The notes under the pieces: model-generated
What the model was told of the DNA's origin: nothing
Databases searched by the model: none
What the model saw: only the letters and a program-made list of their open reading frames with translations
Made by a program: the position numbers and the translations under genes
Assembly: GCA_963734545.1 (NCBI GenBank)
Contig: CAVTHO010000006.1
Span: forward strand, 32,001-96,000
Direction: 5' to 3'
DNA from: an uncultured Spirochaetota bacterium
Lineage (GTDB): Bacteria > Spirochaetota > Spirochaetia > SZUA-6 > Fen-1364
DNA: 64,000 nucleotides
Shown: positions 19,088 through 30,299 of the stretch, in pieces
How the letters are laid out: every line of letters begins with the position of its first letter
How positions within the stretch are numbered: position 1 is the stretch's first letter

Positions 19088-19828
19088 ATGTCCGACAGAA
19101 ATGGCGGGACGTCCGCAAACGGAACCTGGCGCACTCTCTATGTCATCGGAGGGGTCGCCGCGATCCTTGTTCTTCTGGGAACACTCGGCGACATCGTCAT
19201 CATTTCGATTCCGGGCTGGCAGACGTCGACCGTGCCGACATCCGTCGCGCAATGGTTCGCACAGTTCTCGGAAAATCCGCTGCTCGGTCTTCGCAATCTC
19301 GATCTTCTAAACATCACTCTTTCGGTTGTCGGGATCCCCATGTACGTAGCCCTGTACGGTGCGCACCGTCGGGATAGCCAGGGGCTCGCCACGCTCGCCT
19401 TGGTTATGGCTGTAATGGGAACAACTGTCTTCGTGGCGCGAAACGCGGCTCTTTCGATGTTCGAGCTCAGCCGGCAATTATCGCTCGCGACTACCGATTC
19501 GCAACGACTAGTGTTGCAGGGCGCCGCTCAAGCCCTTCTCGCCACCGGGGCTCATGGCAGTGCGGGAGCCTTCGCAGGCTTCTTTCTCTCGAGCGTTGCT
19601 ACCTTGCTGATGGCTTTCGCGATGCTGGAGGGAAAGGTCTTTGGACGCCTCACCGCGTGGATTGGCATCACGGGAGCGCTTCTCTTGCTGGTCTACGTTG
19701 TCGGGAGCACGTTCGCTCCTACGTCGGCCGGCTTTCTCATGGCGTTCGCGGTGCCGGGAGGACTCATGATGATCGCGTGGGATGTCCTTGTTGCGCAGAA
19801 ACTGCTCCGGCTTGCCACGACGGGATAA
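19088..19828 (+). CDS. DUF4386-like membrane protein
   Basis: Multi-TM; WFAQFSENPLLGLRNLDLLN. Confidence 0.7.
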   Translation: MSDRNGGTSANGTWRTLYVIGGVAAILVLLGTLGDIVIISIPGWQTSTVPTSVAQWFAQFSENPLLGLRNLDLLNITLSVVGIPMYVALYGAHRRDSQGLATLALVMAVMGTTVFVARNAALSMFELSRQLSLATTDSQRLVLQGAAQALLATGAHGSAGAFAGFFLSSVATLLMAFAMLEGKVFGRLTAWIGITGALLLLVYVVGSTFAPTSAGFLMAFAVPGGLMMIAWDVLVAQKLLRLATTG

Positions 19829-19912
19829 CGCATCGGTGGGGAGGTGCTTCTCGGTGGAATCACGCAAGATAGCGGCCATTCGTGGTTGTTGGCGACGGAG
19901 GCGCATGAAAAC

Positions 19913-20479
19913 ATGCGAAACAGACTGACAAAGGCATATTCTACTGTCGGATGTTGTGGAATAGATTGTGGACTCTGTCCAAGATATCACACCGAAGGAA
20001 AGTCAAGGTGCCCTGGTTGCGCTGGCAAGGACTTCTTTGAAAAGCACCCCTCGTGTTCTATTGTCACTTGCTGCTTCATAACCAGGAAATTGGAGACATG
20101 TGGCAACTGTGAAAGATTCATCTGTGAGAGAATCAAGAATTGGGACAGTGCTGATTCTTTTGTCACGCACCGCACCTGCATCTCCAATCTTGAAAACATA
20201 AAGGAAAATGGATTGGCCGTAGTCATCAGGCAGAAGGAGCAGCGACTGAAATTGCTGTACGATTTACTTAGAGACTATGATGACGGTCGGTCGAAAAGCT
20301 TCTACTGCCTGTCGGCAGCATTGCTTCCGATTGACGAACTTAAAAAGGCAATTGCAGAGATCGGAGACCCCGAAGAAAAATCAAACGACAGAACGCAGGT
20401 AGCGAAGCGGCTCAAGGAGGCGTTCCTGGCAATCGCCAATAGAATTGATGTCGAACTGTCATATCGGAGGAAGACATAA
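19913..20479 (+). CDS. DUF3795-like Cys-rich protein, cassette
   Basis: CCGIDCGLCP..CPGC..CSIVTCC..CGNC; the stop codon overlaps an attC R''. Confidence 0.8.
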   Translation: MRNRLTKAYSTVGCCGIDCGLCPRYHTEGKSRCPGCAGKDFFEKHPSCSIVTCCFITRKLETCGNCERFICERIKNWDSADSFVTHRTCISNLENIKENGLAVVIRQKEQRLKLLYDLLRDYDDGRSKSFYCLSAALLPIDELKKAIAEIGDPEEKSNDRTQVAKRLKEAFLAIANRIDVELSYRRKT

Positions 20480-20502
20480 CAGATTGTTGCAGTCGTTCCC
20501 CC
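20474..20502 (+). repeat. attC 5' half-site
   Basis: ACATAACAGATTGTTGCAGTCGTTCCCC versus family CCATAACAAATCGTTGCAGTTGTCCCC. Confidence 0.7.
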
Positions 20503-20565
20503 AGCAATTGCTGCCAGAGCTTTCCTCGCTTGACGAGAATACTGTCACTTCCTATCTTGTAGCAA

Positions 20566-21102
20566 GTGACCCCGCTGCAGCCATGGTTTGAACGACAATT
20601 CACGTTCGATCTCCCCTCGTCGCGCTTTCCGAATATCATAGAGAGACTCCGTGGGAGCCCGGCTCGCGTTGAAGAACGCGTTCGGTCTCTTTCGCCCGCT
20701 ACTCTCGTCGCCCGCTTCCGCGACGGGTGGTCGATTCAGGAAAACGTCGGCCACCTCTGTGACTTGGAGCCCCTCTGGATTCGTCGTGCCGAGCAGCTGC
20801 TGGAGGGGCATGGCGAACTCGCCGTCGCCGACTTGACAAATAGGGGCACGGACGAAGCGAACCATAACGCTACTCCGCTCGATGATCTGCTGAAGCGCTT
20901 TCGCGACCTACGGCTTCAGTTGATCATAATTCTGGATAGTGCGAACGGGTTGGCGCTCGAACGTACTGCGCGCCATCCGCGGCTAGGGACGCATATGCGT
21001 CTGATCGACATAGCGTTCTTCACCGCGGAGCATGACGATCATCATCTCGCAAGGATCACGGAGCTGCTGCAGTTGGGGGCGTCAAACCGTTCGCCCTCCT
21101 AG
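20566..21102 (+). CDS. DinB family protein
   Basis: WSIQENVGHL..HPRL..AEHDDHHL. Confidence 0.88.
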   Translation: MTPLQPWFERQFTFDLPSSRFPNIIERLRGSPARVEERVRSLSPATLVARFRDGWSIQENVGHLCDLEPLWIRRAEQLLEGHGELAVADLTNRGTDEANHNATPLDDLLKRFRDLRLQLIIILDSANGLALERTARHPRLGTHMRLIDIAFFTAEHDDHHLARITELLQLGASNRSPS

Positions 21103-21401
21103 ATGAGGGCGGGAAGGCATGAAGAATCTCGACGGGCACTGGCAATCAGTTCTACGAACCAGTCGTGCGGGAAAATGACGGGAGTATTGGAAAGATTTGA
21201 CAAATGCAGGCGAACCATCGATTCGCTGAGGTCGGCATAGCACTTGATCGCGGCGTAGAGTATCTACTCATACATAGACTTTTTAGGTCGAGTGAAACGA
21301 ATGAAATAGCAGACGCGAAAAGGTCAATCGAATTGCTCAGGCTATTGAATCGTGCTGGCAGATAGCCCCGTCCAGGGTGAACTGACGTCAGGAGGAATTG
21401 T

Positions 21402-21812
21402 ATGAAACCGAGAGGGCAGTTGATGATTGAACACCGACTCATCGAGAAGTGCCTGGCATCTGCCGCGGAATCGACGAAGGACATGAAGGAAGGTCGATAT
21501 GACCCTGACCTGATTGATACAATCGTCGATTTCATCAAGACCTATGCAGACCGAACGCATCATGGAAAGGAAGAGGACATACTTTTCCGAACGCTGTCGC
21601 AGAGACAAATCAGCGGAGATGATCTTGTTGTCATGAATGAACTGATTGACGAGCATAAACGAGCACGGCAAAAAGTTGGCAGAATAGTGGAGTCGAATAG
21701 GCAATTCACTGAGTCGACGCGGGCAAAGACAGCGAATACGAACGACATACAATCCGAGTTCCCACTTTGTTACGGCATCTGCGGCATTGCGCGCAGCAAA
21801 ACTGTTCTTTAG
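21402..21812 (+). pseudogene. Hemerythrin-domain protein, C-terminally truncated
   Basis: LMIEHRLI..HHGKEEDILF..EH; the final HIxKE motif is missing. Confidence 0.7.
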
Positions 21813-22378
21813 TTGCCGGGGGTGTAGGCCGCGGTTACATCAGAAATGAGCATTCCCGATAGTTGTGATTCATTCGGGCTATAGGCTGGAGCAGCCCGGG
21901 ACAACTGGGCCTGGTTCCCAACCGCTATAATGCCGGACCATACTACCCTCTTTTCCCAATAAATGTTTCCTTCTATTAGGTATCGATACCTGCCAGAAGC
22001 TACCAACTGTCCCTTCGAATCCCGCAAATCCCAGTCCACCTTATGAGGTCCGCTTCCAGGGGTCGCGCCGCTAATGGCGTCGAGTTCTTTCTGGGGAAGA
22101 TTGCCCACACCCGCAGCCCTGATCCAAGTGGGAACAGTCTGGGGGCGTTTTTTCCAACCTGCTTTCTTCGCCACAAAGTTCGTGGCGAAAAGAGTCCGTA
22201 CAAAGGAGCCTTTTTCATCCTCAATCCAAATGGCATATTGATTGCTCGCTATTCTTGTCAAACGGGATAGCGTATAGGAAACAGTAACAGAGCCAGTTGG
22301 GACCGGGGACTGAGCATGACAACTCAGCGTGACGAAGAAGATCAGCGCGGCGCCAAGAGCATACCTTCGCAATGACAT
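21809..22378 (-). CDS. DUF2271-like exported protein
   Basis: Signal peptide; QYAIWIED..RTLFAT..DAISGATP. Confidence 0.8.
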   Translation of the reverse strand: MSLRRYALGAALIFFVTLSCHAQSPVPTGSVTVSYTLSRLTRIASNQYAIWIEDEKGSFVRTLFATNFVAKKAGWKKRPQTVPTWIRAAGVGNLPQKELDAISGATPGSGPHKVDWDLRDSKGQLVASGRYRYLIEGNIYWEKRVVWSGIIAVGNQAQLSRAAPAYSPNESQLSGMLISDVTAAYTPGN

Positions 22379-22562
22379 GAGCGATGCCTCCTAGACTGCC
22401 AAGGATCAATCGGGATCGTCAATCGCGCACAAAAACAATGCAGCGATGATACGGCTTTTGCTGGATTTTGAAAACAGGTCAATTTGTCATACTGGTCGGA
22501 AAAAAGCCGCGTTGACGGAGGCATCGCGTTTCGACACTATGGGGTACAGAGGCAATCGGGCA

Positions 22563-23324
22563 ATGAGCTCCCACGTATCAATTTGGAAGGACCAACGTAC
22601 AATCGAATCCCATGAAATTGACGTGAACGGAAAGCTCAGAGCGCACATACTTTTCGCCTTTCTTCTCAATAGTGCCTGGAATCACGCAAAGCAGCACTTG
22701 TTCGACTATCAGACGTTGTCGGCGCGCAACTTGATGTGGGTAATGTCGAAGTTGCAGCTCGCCGTTGTGAGGCTCCCCAAATGGGGCGATCGAATAGTCA
22801 TCGAAACGTGGGGAAAAAGAATAGAGAGATTTTATGCACTAAGAGATTTTGTCGTGTCGACCGACGACGGAGAACGACTGGCATCTGCGACGTCCGCGTG
22901 GATGATCCTGAACAAGAGCTCGTATCGACCTCAAAGAATAGAGGAATTGATGAAGGACTTTCCATGGAGGAATGACCGAAGCGAGATTGAAACCAGCTTG
23001 AAGAAAGTACAGGAATTAGCCAATGAAAAAGGTTGCGGTGAGTTTCGCGTCACATTCAGCGATATCGATGTCAATAGCCACGTTACGGCGGCGAGATACC
23101 TGCATTGGATACTGGATAGTTTTCCCCCGGCAGTCCTGACTGAAAAGGAAGTGCAGTCAGCGGAAATCAGCTTTATTGCAGAAGCGGTGCTGGACGATCG
23201 GGTTTCGGTATCCATGGAAACCAGTTCCAATCAGGATTTGTGCAGCGTCAGGAGAATCAACGACAATCAAGAACTTTGCAGAGCGAGACTCCAGTGGAAG
23301 CCGTCAGGCGACGGATCGCTGTAG
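22563..23324 (+). CDS. Acyl-ACP thioesterase
   Basis: Double hot-dog pattern; DIDVNSHV..YLHW. Confidence 0.85.
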   Translation: MSSHVSIWKDQRTIESHEIDVNGKLRAHILFAFLLNSAWNHAKQHLFDYQTLSARNLMWVMSKLQLAVVRLPKWGDRIVIETWGKRIERFYALRDFVVSTDDGERLASATSAWMILNKSSYRPQRIEELMKDFPWRNDRSEIETSLKKVQELANEKGCGEFRVTFSDIDVNSHVTAARYLHWILDSFPPAVLTEKEVQSAEISFIAEAVLDDRVSVSMETSSNQDLCSVRRINDNQELCRARLQWKPSGDGSL

Positions 23325-23376
23325 TTGCCTCTGAAGGAACGGAGGCAGCGACATAACGGTTGCTGCGCGCTGCCGG

Positions 23377-23666
23377 CTATCCTGGGACTATCATATTACC
23401 GCGATCGTCGAACTCGAACTGCAGATTGCAGGCGACTTCCCATAAATGCCCTTCTGGATCGGCAAAGTATCCGCTGCAGCGGCCCCAAGCCGCTCGCTGT
23501 GGCGCCTTGACTACTTTGCCCCCTGCCTCCCTGGCCTTGGAGAATGCTGCGTCCACCAGGCTTTCGTTTGGCACATTTTGTGAGAGCCAAGGCAGGTTCT
23601 GTAACAGGCAAGCTCGACCGCAAAGTCCTTCGCGGTTATTGTGATAAAGCCCAGTCTTTGATCCAT
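23377..23666 (-). pseudogene. VOC/glyoxalase fragment
   Basis: MDQRLGFITI and GYFADPEGHLWEVA lie in different frames. Confidence 0.75.
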
Positions 23667-23772
23667 GTCCCTGCTACCCTTGGCTCGCATACACAGAAGC
23701 ATCCCGCGGGGAAGAGCGATTTAGGCAATAACATTTCCCGGCAATCGTCTACAAATGTGCAGGAGGCAAAAC

Positions 23773-24342
23773 ATGGCGCATGGCGTCTGTCCTTGGTGGA
23801 TAGGATACTGGCTTGCGAGTCCCATAAGGAAGTTACGTCACAACCCCGTCTCGATTCTCGCGCCTTTCGTGCATGAAGGAATGACTGTTCTCGAACCAGG
23901 GCCAGGGATGGGCTTCTTTACCCTTGAAATGGCCCGCATGGTAGGCAAAAACGGACGGATAATCGCTATAGACATTCAGCCCAAGATGCTTCGCGGCCTG
24001 AGCCGCAGAGCACAAAGGAAAGGCGTGCGCGGTCTCATTGAGCTCAGGCTGGCGGATTCCTTCAGTTTGAGGACCAGCGATTTGAATGAATGTGTGGATT
24101 TTGTCCTGGCCTTTGCCGTGGTTCACGAGCTGCCAGACTCAGGACTCTTCTTTAGGGAATCGTATGGAGTGCTCCGGCCAGGAGGAAAACTATTGTTCTC
24201 AGAACCTGCTCACCATATCGAAAGATCAGAATTTGCAAAATCGCTCGACTCTGCAAGGCTGGCTGGATTTGAAGTTGAAAGTATGCCGACCATCAAATCG
24301 AATTTATCCGCTCTCTTGACCAAAAAGCTGGCAGAGCACTGA
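23773..24342 (+). CDS. Class I SAM methyltransferase
   Basis: VLEPGPGMGFFT; RBS AGGAGG. Confidence 0.88.
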   Translation: MAHGVCPWWIGYWLASPIRKLRHNPVSILAPFVHEGMTVLEPGPGMGFFTLEMARMVGKNGRIIAIDIQPKMLRGLSRRAQRKGVRGLIELRLADSFSLRTSDLNECVDFVLAFAVVHELPDSGLFFRESYGVLRPGGKLLFSEPAHHIERSEFAKSLDSARLAGFEVESMPTIKSNLSALLTKKLAEH

Positions 24343-24438
24343 CAACGAATGTGGCAGAAAAACCGAGCTCCCCATTGGCATGTTCAGCAACATCGTACTT
24401 GACGGCTCTCTGCCGGCAGGCAACACTTGGACGCAATT

Positions 24439-24837
24439 ATGAAGATCCTCGCGCTATGGAGGCAGTGGGCTCGCGCCCTTACGCTGGAGACATACACCCT
24501 CTATTATGCATTTAGAAATCCAAGAACACCGTGGTACGCCAGGCTCTGGGGCGCAATTGTCGTTGCTTACGCATTCAGTCCTGTTGATCTTATTCCTGAT
24601 TTCATTCCGGTCCTCGGCTTCATAGATGACCTTGTTTTGATTCCCCTTGGCGTAGTGATAGCAAGAAAGCTGATTCCGAGAGACATACTAATGGAAAGCA
24701 GGCAGCTCGCCCAAGACCGGGTTGACAGCAAGAAACCAGTCAATTGGCTGGCCGGAGGCGTCGTTATCGCAATCTGGGTTGCGCTGGTTTCATTTGTCCT
24801 TCTTCGAGTGATGCGCGTGTTCGGAAAGTGCCTATAG
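24439..24837 (+). CDS. YkvA/DUF1232 membrane protein
   Basis: YAFSPVDLIPDFIPVLGFIDD. Confidence 0.9.
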   Translation: MKILALWRQWARALTLETYTLYYAFRNPRTPWYARLWGAIVVAYAFSPVDLIPDFIPVLGFIDDLVLIPLGVVIARKLIPRDILMESRQLAQDRVDSKKPVNWLAGGVVIAIWVALVSFVLLRVMRVFGKCL

Positions 24838-24849
24838 AAAGGAGGAGTG

Positions 24850-25552
24850 ATGCTGCCTGACTATGACAGATTGTTCGCGGATCATGCCGAAGAATATGAT
24901 CGCTTCATCGCCGCAGAAGACTCTCAAGGCCATCTGCTGAAAGCTTTGAAACAATTCGGCCACCTCAACAGGGAACAGGCAGTTGCAGATCTAGGGTACC
25001 GGCACGGGTAGAATCGCGTTCCTTGTGGCTCCGATTGTGCGACATGTGTACGGAATAGAGCCTGTGGGAGGGATGCGACTTGTCGCAGAGTCGAAAAAGC
25101 TCAAGCTTGGTGTCAAGAATGTTGACTTCTTGCCGGGAGAACACAAGGACATACCGCTTCCCGACAACAGCATCGATCTGATAATAGAGGGGTGGGCGTT
25201 TCTGAAGGCTTTCCATAGCACATATCCAGAATGGCGTTCTGAATTTGAGGCTATTGTGCCAGAGATGAAAAGGATACTAAGGCCCAGGGGAGCTGTTATC
25301 TTGATTGAGACAATGGGTTCCCTGCATATCTGGAGTGAAATACCTGATCGAACAGTTGTGCTATATGACTATTTTGAAAAGGAACTGGGCCTTCGAAAGA
25401 CCATAATCAGGACAGACTATAGATTTTCCAGTGTGGAAGAAGCGGTCGATCTTTCGACGTTCTTCTTTGGTGACGAAATTGGAGCTGAAATACAACAGAT
25501 TGGAGAACCCATTGTTCCGGAAGCTACCGCAATCTGGCATGGGAGAATATAG
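24850..25552 (+). pseudogene. Class I SAM methyltransferase, frameshifted near motif I
   Basis: ATG 24850 frame reaches VADLGYR; GTGRIAF continues in another frame. Confidence 0.72.
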
Positions 25553-25569
25553 TGGAAAGGAGGAAGAAG

Positions 25570-26439
25570 ATGCCCCAATCGCCCTGGCAGGGACTTCACT
25601 ACAGGCAGGTAGATGTATTTGCCGACAAGGTGCTGAGTGGTAATGGCGTCGCCGTATTCTGGAACTGCGACGATCTGGCGATAGAGACCATGCAGGAGCT
25701 CACCCGGGAGCTTCGTCAATTCGAGGCCATCTTCCTTCGCGCCACGAGCGTGGCGGGAGAGTTTCGGGCGAAAGTGTTCACGATGGAGGAGCAGCTGGAC
25801 TTCGCAGGTCATCCAGTATTGGGCGCTGCGGCAGTGCTGCATGAGAGGTATGGACAAAATGAGGTTGAGACTTGGCGAGTCGTTCTGAACACCCGCACAA
25901 TTGAGGTCACCACGCGGCGGAATGGGAAAGCTTTTTTTGCTGCCATGCTTCAGCCTGCGGCCCAGTTCTATCCGGCAATCCGGCTGCCCTCTGAGATTGA
26001 GACAGTCATGCACTCCGTCAACCTGAGTGTGGATGACAAGCATCCGACTTTGCCTTTGGAAGTGGGGTCTACAGGCCTCGCATACCTTATTGTGCCCATA
26101 ATAAGGAACCTACAGAAGGCGGGGATAGTGATAGACAATATGGAAGAGATGCTCGCCAAGATTGGCGCAAGATTCGTGTACATATACGATGTAGGAAAAT
26201 CCGAAGGTCGAAATTGGGACAACAAAGGATGGGTGGAGGATATCGCAACGGGAAGTGCTGCAGGACCGATCGCAGCGTATCTTTGCAGGCATGGCCTTCT
26301 TGAAATTGGACAAGCCCTGAGCATCAAACAAGGCGGATATGCGGGTCGACCGAGTGAAATGGTGGCGAAGGTGGTAGAATCAGGCCAAATCGAGGTGTCA
26401 GGCGCTGTTCAAATGGTTGCATCAGGAAATTTTGACTGA
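25570..26439 (+). CDS. PhzF family isomerase
   Basis: QVDVF..GNGVAV..FAGHP..EDIATGSAAGP. Confidence 0.9.
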   Translation: MPQSPWQGLHYRQVDVFADKVLSGNGVAVFWNCDDLAIETMQELTRELRQFEAIFLRATSVAGEFRAKVFTMEEQLDFAGHPVLGAAAVLHERYGQNEVETWRVVLNTRTIEVTTRRNGKAFFAAMLQPAAQFYPAIRLPSEIETVMHSVNLSVDDKHPTLPLEVGSTGLAYLIVPIIRNLQKAGIVIDNMEEMLAKIGARFVYIYDVGKSEGRNWDNKGWVEDIATGSAAGPIAAYLCRHGLLEIGQALSIKQGGYAGRPSEMVAKVVESGQIEVSGAVQMVASGNFD

Positions 26440-26517
26440 CGGTGATGCGCCATAGACAACTGCAGTTGGCTGAAGGTAGTCCTTGGTCCGTGAGAATCGC
26501 ATCCATGGGGGTGAGCG

Positions 26518-26865
26518 ATGATAAGGGAAACAGCACGGAAGTCCGAAACAGCAGCTGTTGAAAGCCCGGTGGGGATCTTTCGCACCACGATTGCGTACAA
26601 TGAGCAACTCATGCTTTGTCACTTCTTTCTCAAAAAGGGTGTCCGCATACCTTTTCATGAGCACCCTGCCGCGCAGAATGGTTATCTGATAAGCGGGAAG
26701 CTGCGAATGCTCTGGGAGACGGGTCGGGAGTTCATCGCAGAACCCGGGAGCGGCTGGTGCTTCGACTCAAATGTTCGGCATGGTGCGGAGGCACTTGAGG
26801 ATTCCGAAGCGATTGAGTGTTTTGCCCCAACACGACCGGAATATGTGCCCGAACGACCAGTGTGA
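26518..26865 (+). CDS. Cupin domain protein
   Basis: HEHP..GYLISG..H..FAPTRPEY. Confidence 0.85.
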   Translation: MIRETARKSETAAVESPVGIFRTTIAYNEQLMLCHFFLKKGVRIPFHEHPAAQNGYLISGKLRMLWETGREFIAEPGSGWCFDSNVRHGAEALEDSEAIECFAPTRPEYVPERPV

Positions 26866-26979
26866 ACCGGGATCCAAACCTGATGAATGGGAGCGAAAGG
26901 TCTCTCGCCGCACCAGCGGCAAATTGAGAATTTCCTGCGTCTCACGTATCCTTGCATCCAGGTGAGGGGAGGGCTGATC

Positions 26980-27354
26980 ATGGCAGAATCCAAGAAATAC
27001 TCAATCGATCTGGAAATAAAGCTCGGATATCTTCGGTTGATTGATGTGCCGGCGATCATCTCAAAGGTAACTGATGACTGGTCGAATCAGACGCTCTGTG
27101 AAGTAAACGATTGCGTTGTGCGCCTGGGGGTATTCAAGAAGGGAGAGTTTCATTGGCATAAGCATGACAAGGAAGACGAATTCTTCTTTGTCCTTGAAGG
27201 CCGATTTGTGATCGAATTGGAAGGCGAGACAATCACTCTTCTCAAACACCAAGGCTTTACAGTTCCGAAGGGTGTGCTTCACAAGACAAGCGCGCCTGTG
27301 CCGACTTCGATACTTATGATGGAGGCAGCGACGGTCAAGCCAACCGGAGACTGA
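26980..27354 (+). CDS. Cupin domain protein
   Basis: GEFHWHKHDKEDEFF..VPKGVLH. Confidence 0.88.
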   Translation: MAESKKYSIDLEIKLGYLRLIDVPAIISKVTDDWSNQTLCEVNDCVVRLGVFKKGEFHWHKHDKEDEFFFVLEGRFVIELEGETITLLKHQGFTVPKGVLHKTSAPVPTSILMMEAATVKPTGD

Positions 27355-27534
27355 AGGGCATGGACTATCACGGAGTGGCGAGCTCCCCAATGCCGATCCG
27401 CGGGAAAAACAGATGGATATCGAAGGTCTCAGAAGACTAGGCAAACCTTATGTCCTCGGCATCGGTCCACAGGAAGTGCCTGCAAGCAAAGAGGTCAAGA
27501 CCGTCAGCATGAGGAAAGCAAACGAGGAAGTGAT

Positions 27535-27972
27535 ATGCCGCACAATGAATATTGTCTGGGTGATTACCTCATAAGCACAAATCGTGAGAAGTTGGACCTG
27601 AGGGTGATCCACGAGTATCTATCTGGCCAATCATATTGGGCACAAGGCAGGCCGATCGACATTGTCAAACGGTCTGTCGAGAACTCACTTTGTTTCGGCC
27701 TGTACCGCTTATCCGGTGGGCAGATCGGCTTCGCCCGCGTCGTGACCGACTATGCAACTTTCGGCTGGCTGTGTGACGTGTTCGTTCTAGACGAAGGAAA
27801 AGGCAGGGGCTTGGGCAAGTGGTTGATACGAACCATAGTAGACTGTCCAGAGCTGAAGCAACTCAAGAGGATCATGCTCGCAACGAGGGATGCGCATGCG
27901 CTCTACAAGCGGTATGGTGGATTTGAAAGTCTCAAAGAACCCGCAAAATGGATGGAGCGCACGGGGGTCTAG
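27535..27972 (+). CDS. GNAT acetyltransferase
   Basis: GFARVVTD..DVFV..GRGLGKWL..DAHALY. Confidence 0.9.
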   Translation: MPHNEYCLGDYLISTNREKLDLRVIHEYLSGQSYWAQGRPIDIVKRSVENSLCFGLYRLSGGQIGFARVVTDYATFGWLCDVFVLDEGKGRGLGKWLIRTIVDCPELKQLKRIMLATRDAHALYKRYGGFESLKEPAKWMERTGV

Positions 27973-28133
27973 CACACTGATCGGGGGCGCGGCTCAACCC
28001 CCTATTGCTCGCGCTTCCCTTGAAATGTGTGATGGAACAACCTTACCATGCATATTGTAGGTATTCATTGACGAAAGCATTGCGGGCAATCCAGGCCGTA
28101 TTTGCAGGAAATGTAGAGTTGGCGAGGAGACAA

Positions 28134-28745
28134 ATGGGTAAGTTGCTCATTACGACCTTCTTGACAGCGGCGATGATCGCATCATCGGTTCAGGTATCTG
28201 CTGGCTCAAACGAAAACCAGAGCACAGCATGCATTGTCATGATAGTCGCTCCAAAGGACTTTACCGATCAAGAGTATTTTGATCCACGGAAGGTCTTCGA
28301 AAATGCGGGAGCGCGTGTAAGGGTGGCGAGTACCACGACCCGGCCAGCGGTGAGCCACAACCTGGCAAAAGTCAGGGTTGACCAGGCAATTTCCGACATC
28401 AGACTTGACCAGGTGGATGCGATAGTAGTAGTCGGGGGGATGGGGGCTGCAACCTACCTCATGAATGACGAAAGCCTGCGAAATCTTCTCGTTGCAGCCA
28501 GTAAATCAAACAAGGTTGTGTCGGCCATCTGCATCGCGCCGGCAGTCCTTGCGCGCGCGGGGGTATTGCGAAACAGGGAAGCGACCTGCTATGCCGATAA
28601 GACGATAATTGGTGCTTTAAAAATGAACGGAGCGGCGTACCTGGACAGGGAGGTTGTGGTATCTGGAAGGATCGTGACCGGGAACGGACCAGGTGCGGCA
28701 AAGGAATTTGCAGCCACGGTCCTTGCGGGAATCGGCAAAAGCTGA
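28134..28745 (+). CDS. DJ-1/PfpI family protein with signal peptide
   Basis: DQEY..VVGG..AICIAP..TGNGP. Confidence 0.88.
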   Translation: MGKLLITTFLTAAMIASSVQVSAGSNENQSTACIVMIVAPKDFTDQEYFDPRKVFENAGARVRVASTTTRPAVSHNLAKVRVDQAISDIRLDQVDAIVVVGGMGAATYLMNDESLRNLLVAASKSNKVVSAICIAPAVLARAGVLRNREATCYADKTIIGALKMNGAAYLDREVVVSGRIVTGNGPGAAKEFAATVLAGIGKS

Positions 28746-28788
28746 ATCAAGCATATCTGCTTTGAGTCCGTTCGATGGGAGGCGAAAA

Positions 28789-29577
28789 ATGAAGGTCATT
28801 GATCTGCCTGCAGAACACGAAAAATCATACTTCCAATGCCTTGAGGAATGGTCAGACGAAATACGTGAGGCCGGTGACCATAAGAAACAATGGTTCGAAA
28901 AGATGAAAGGTCAAGGGCTTCGCGTAAAGGTTGCCGTAGACGAACAAGGGACAGTGGGGGGCATGATACAATACATTCCAATAGAGAAAGTGCTCGTTGA
29001 CGGAAAAGGCCTCTACTATATGTATTGCATCTGGGTACATGGACACAGCAAAGGCCGGGGCAATCACCAGAAGAAGGGCTTGGGGAAGGCACTCCTTCAA
29101 GCTGCCGAGGACGATGTGAAGCAGCTTGGAGGCAAGGGTTTCGTCGTGTGGGGCCTGTCTCTTCCATTTTTTATGAGAGCCGCCTGGTTCAGGAGACAAG
29201 GATATCAACGGGTTGATCGAGACGGGATTCAAGAGTTGCTCTGGAAGCGATTTGACGAGGATGCTGCTCCGCCAAGATGGATCCGGCAAAGGAAGAAACC
29301 GTCGGCAGAACCAGTGAAGGTGGTTGTTACATGTTTGAAGAATGGGTGGTGCCCGGCACAGAACCTCAGCTATGAACGCGCAAAGCGTGCCGCAAATGAG
29401 CTTGGGAACAATGTAGTATTCAGGGAAATCGATACCTTCAATAGAGAGGTTGCTGCTGAATGGGGAATCTCCGATGCGCTGTTTGTTGATGGCAAGCAGG
29501 TACGAACAGGACCCCCTCCTACCTATGACAGGATCAGGAAATTGATCCAAAAGAAACTCAAGGCGCGTAACCGCTAG
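28789..29577 (+). CDS. GNAT protein with C-terminal thioredoxin-like domain
   Basis: CIWV..QKKGLGKALL; GWCP..GPPP. Confidence 0.8.
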   Translation: MKVIDLPAEHEKSYFQCLEEWSDEIREAGDHKKQWFEKMKGQGLRVKVAVDEQGTVGGMIQYIPIEKVLVDGKGLYYMYCIWVHGHSKGRGNHQKKGLGKALLQAAEDDVKQLGGKGFVVWGLSLPFFMRAAWFRRQGYQRVDRDGIQELLWKRFDEDAAPPRWIRQRKKPSAEPVKVVVTCLKNGWCPAQNLSYERAKRAANELGNNVVFREIDTFNREVAAEWGISDALFVDGKQVRTGPPPTYDRIRKLIQKKLKARNR

Positions 29578-29640
29578 GGTTGGCGACGTCCCTTTGACCT
29601 CGCGCATCGAAACGGTATAGAATTTGCCGAGGGCTGAACA

Positions 29641-30276
29641 TTGCCGGAATTGTCTTCCATTTCCGTATTCCTTCTCGCCGCGCTCGGCCTGCTCCTGATT
29701 CCGGGCCCGGCGGTTCTCTATATTGTGACGCGAAGCGTCGCTCACGGCAGAAAAGCCGGACTCGCCTCGGTTTTAGGAATTGAACTTGCGACCCTTTGCC
29801 ATTCAATGGCCGCAGCTTTCGGGCTGTCAGCGATCCTTCTCGCCTCTTCTCTGGCATTCAGCCTGGTCAAATATCTCGGTGCAGGCTACCTGATATACCT
29901 GGGCATCAGAACGATTTTCTCGAGGTCCGTTTCCCCGGCGAAGGACGATTCGTCAACTCCGAGTCTTTCGCAGATGTTCCAGAAGGGGTTCCTTGTCAAC
30001 CTGTTGAACCCAAAGACGGCGCTATTCTTTTACGCATTCCTTCCGCAATTCGTTGACCCGGCCCGTGGTTCGTCGATTCTACAGATACTGCTGCTGGGGG
30101 CGCTGTTTGTTGTTTTGGCAACTATTACGGACAGTACGTATGCGCTCATCTCCTCGGGTGTCGGCAGAATGATCACTCAAAGAGCGGGCTTCCAGCGAAT
30201 CCAGAAGTATGTCACCGGCGGGATTTACATTTCTCTCGGAGTAGCTGCTGCAGTGTCAGGATCCGGAAAGAAGTAG
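29641..30276 (+). CDS. LysE/RhtB translocator
   Basis: IPGP..GAGYLIYLG..NLLNPK. Confidence 0.9.
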   Translation: MPELSSISVFLLAALGLLLIPGPAVLYIVTRSVAHGRKAGLASVLGIELATLCHSMAAAFGLSAILLASSLAFSLVKYLGAGYLIYLGIRTIFSRSVSPAKDDSSTPSLSQMFQKGFLVNLLNPKTALFFYAFLPQFVDPARGSSILQILLLGALFVVLATITDSTYALISSGVGRMITQRAGFQRIQKYVTGGIYISLGVAAAVSGSGKK

Positions 30277-30299
30277 GATCACATCGCAAAGGGGGGGCA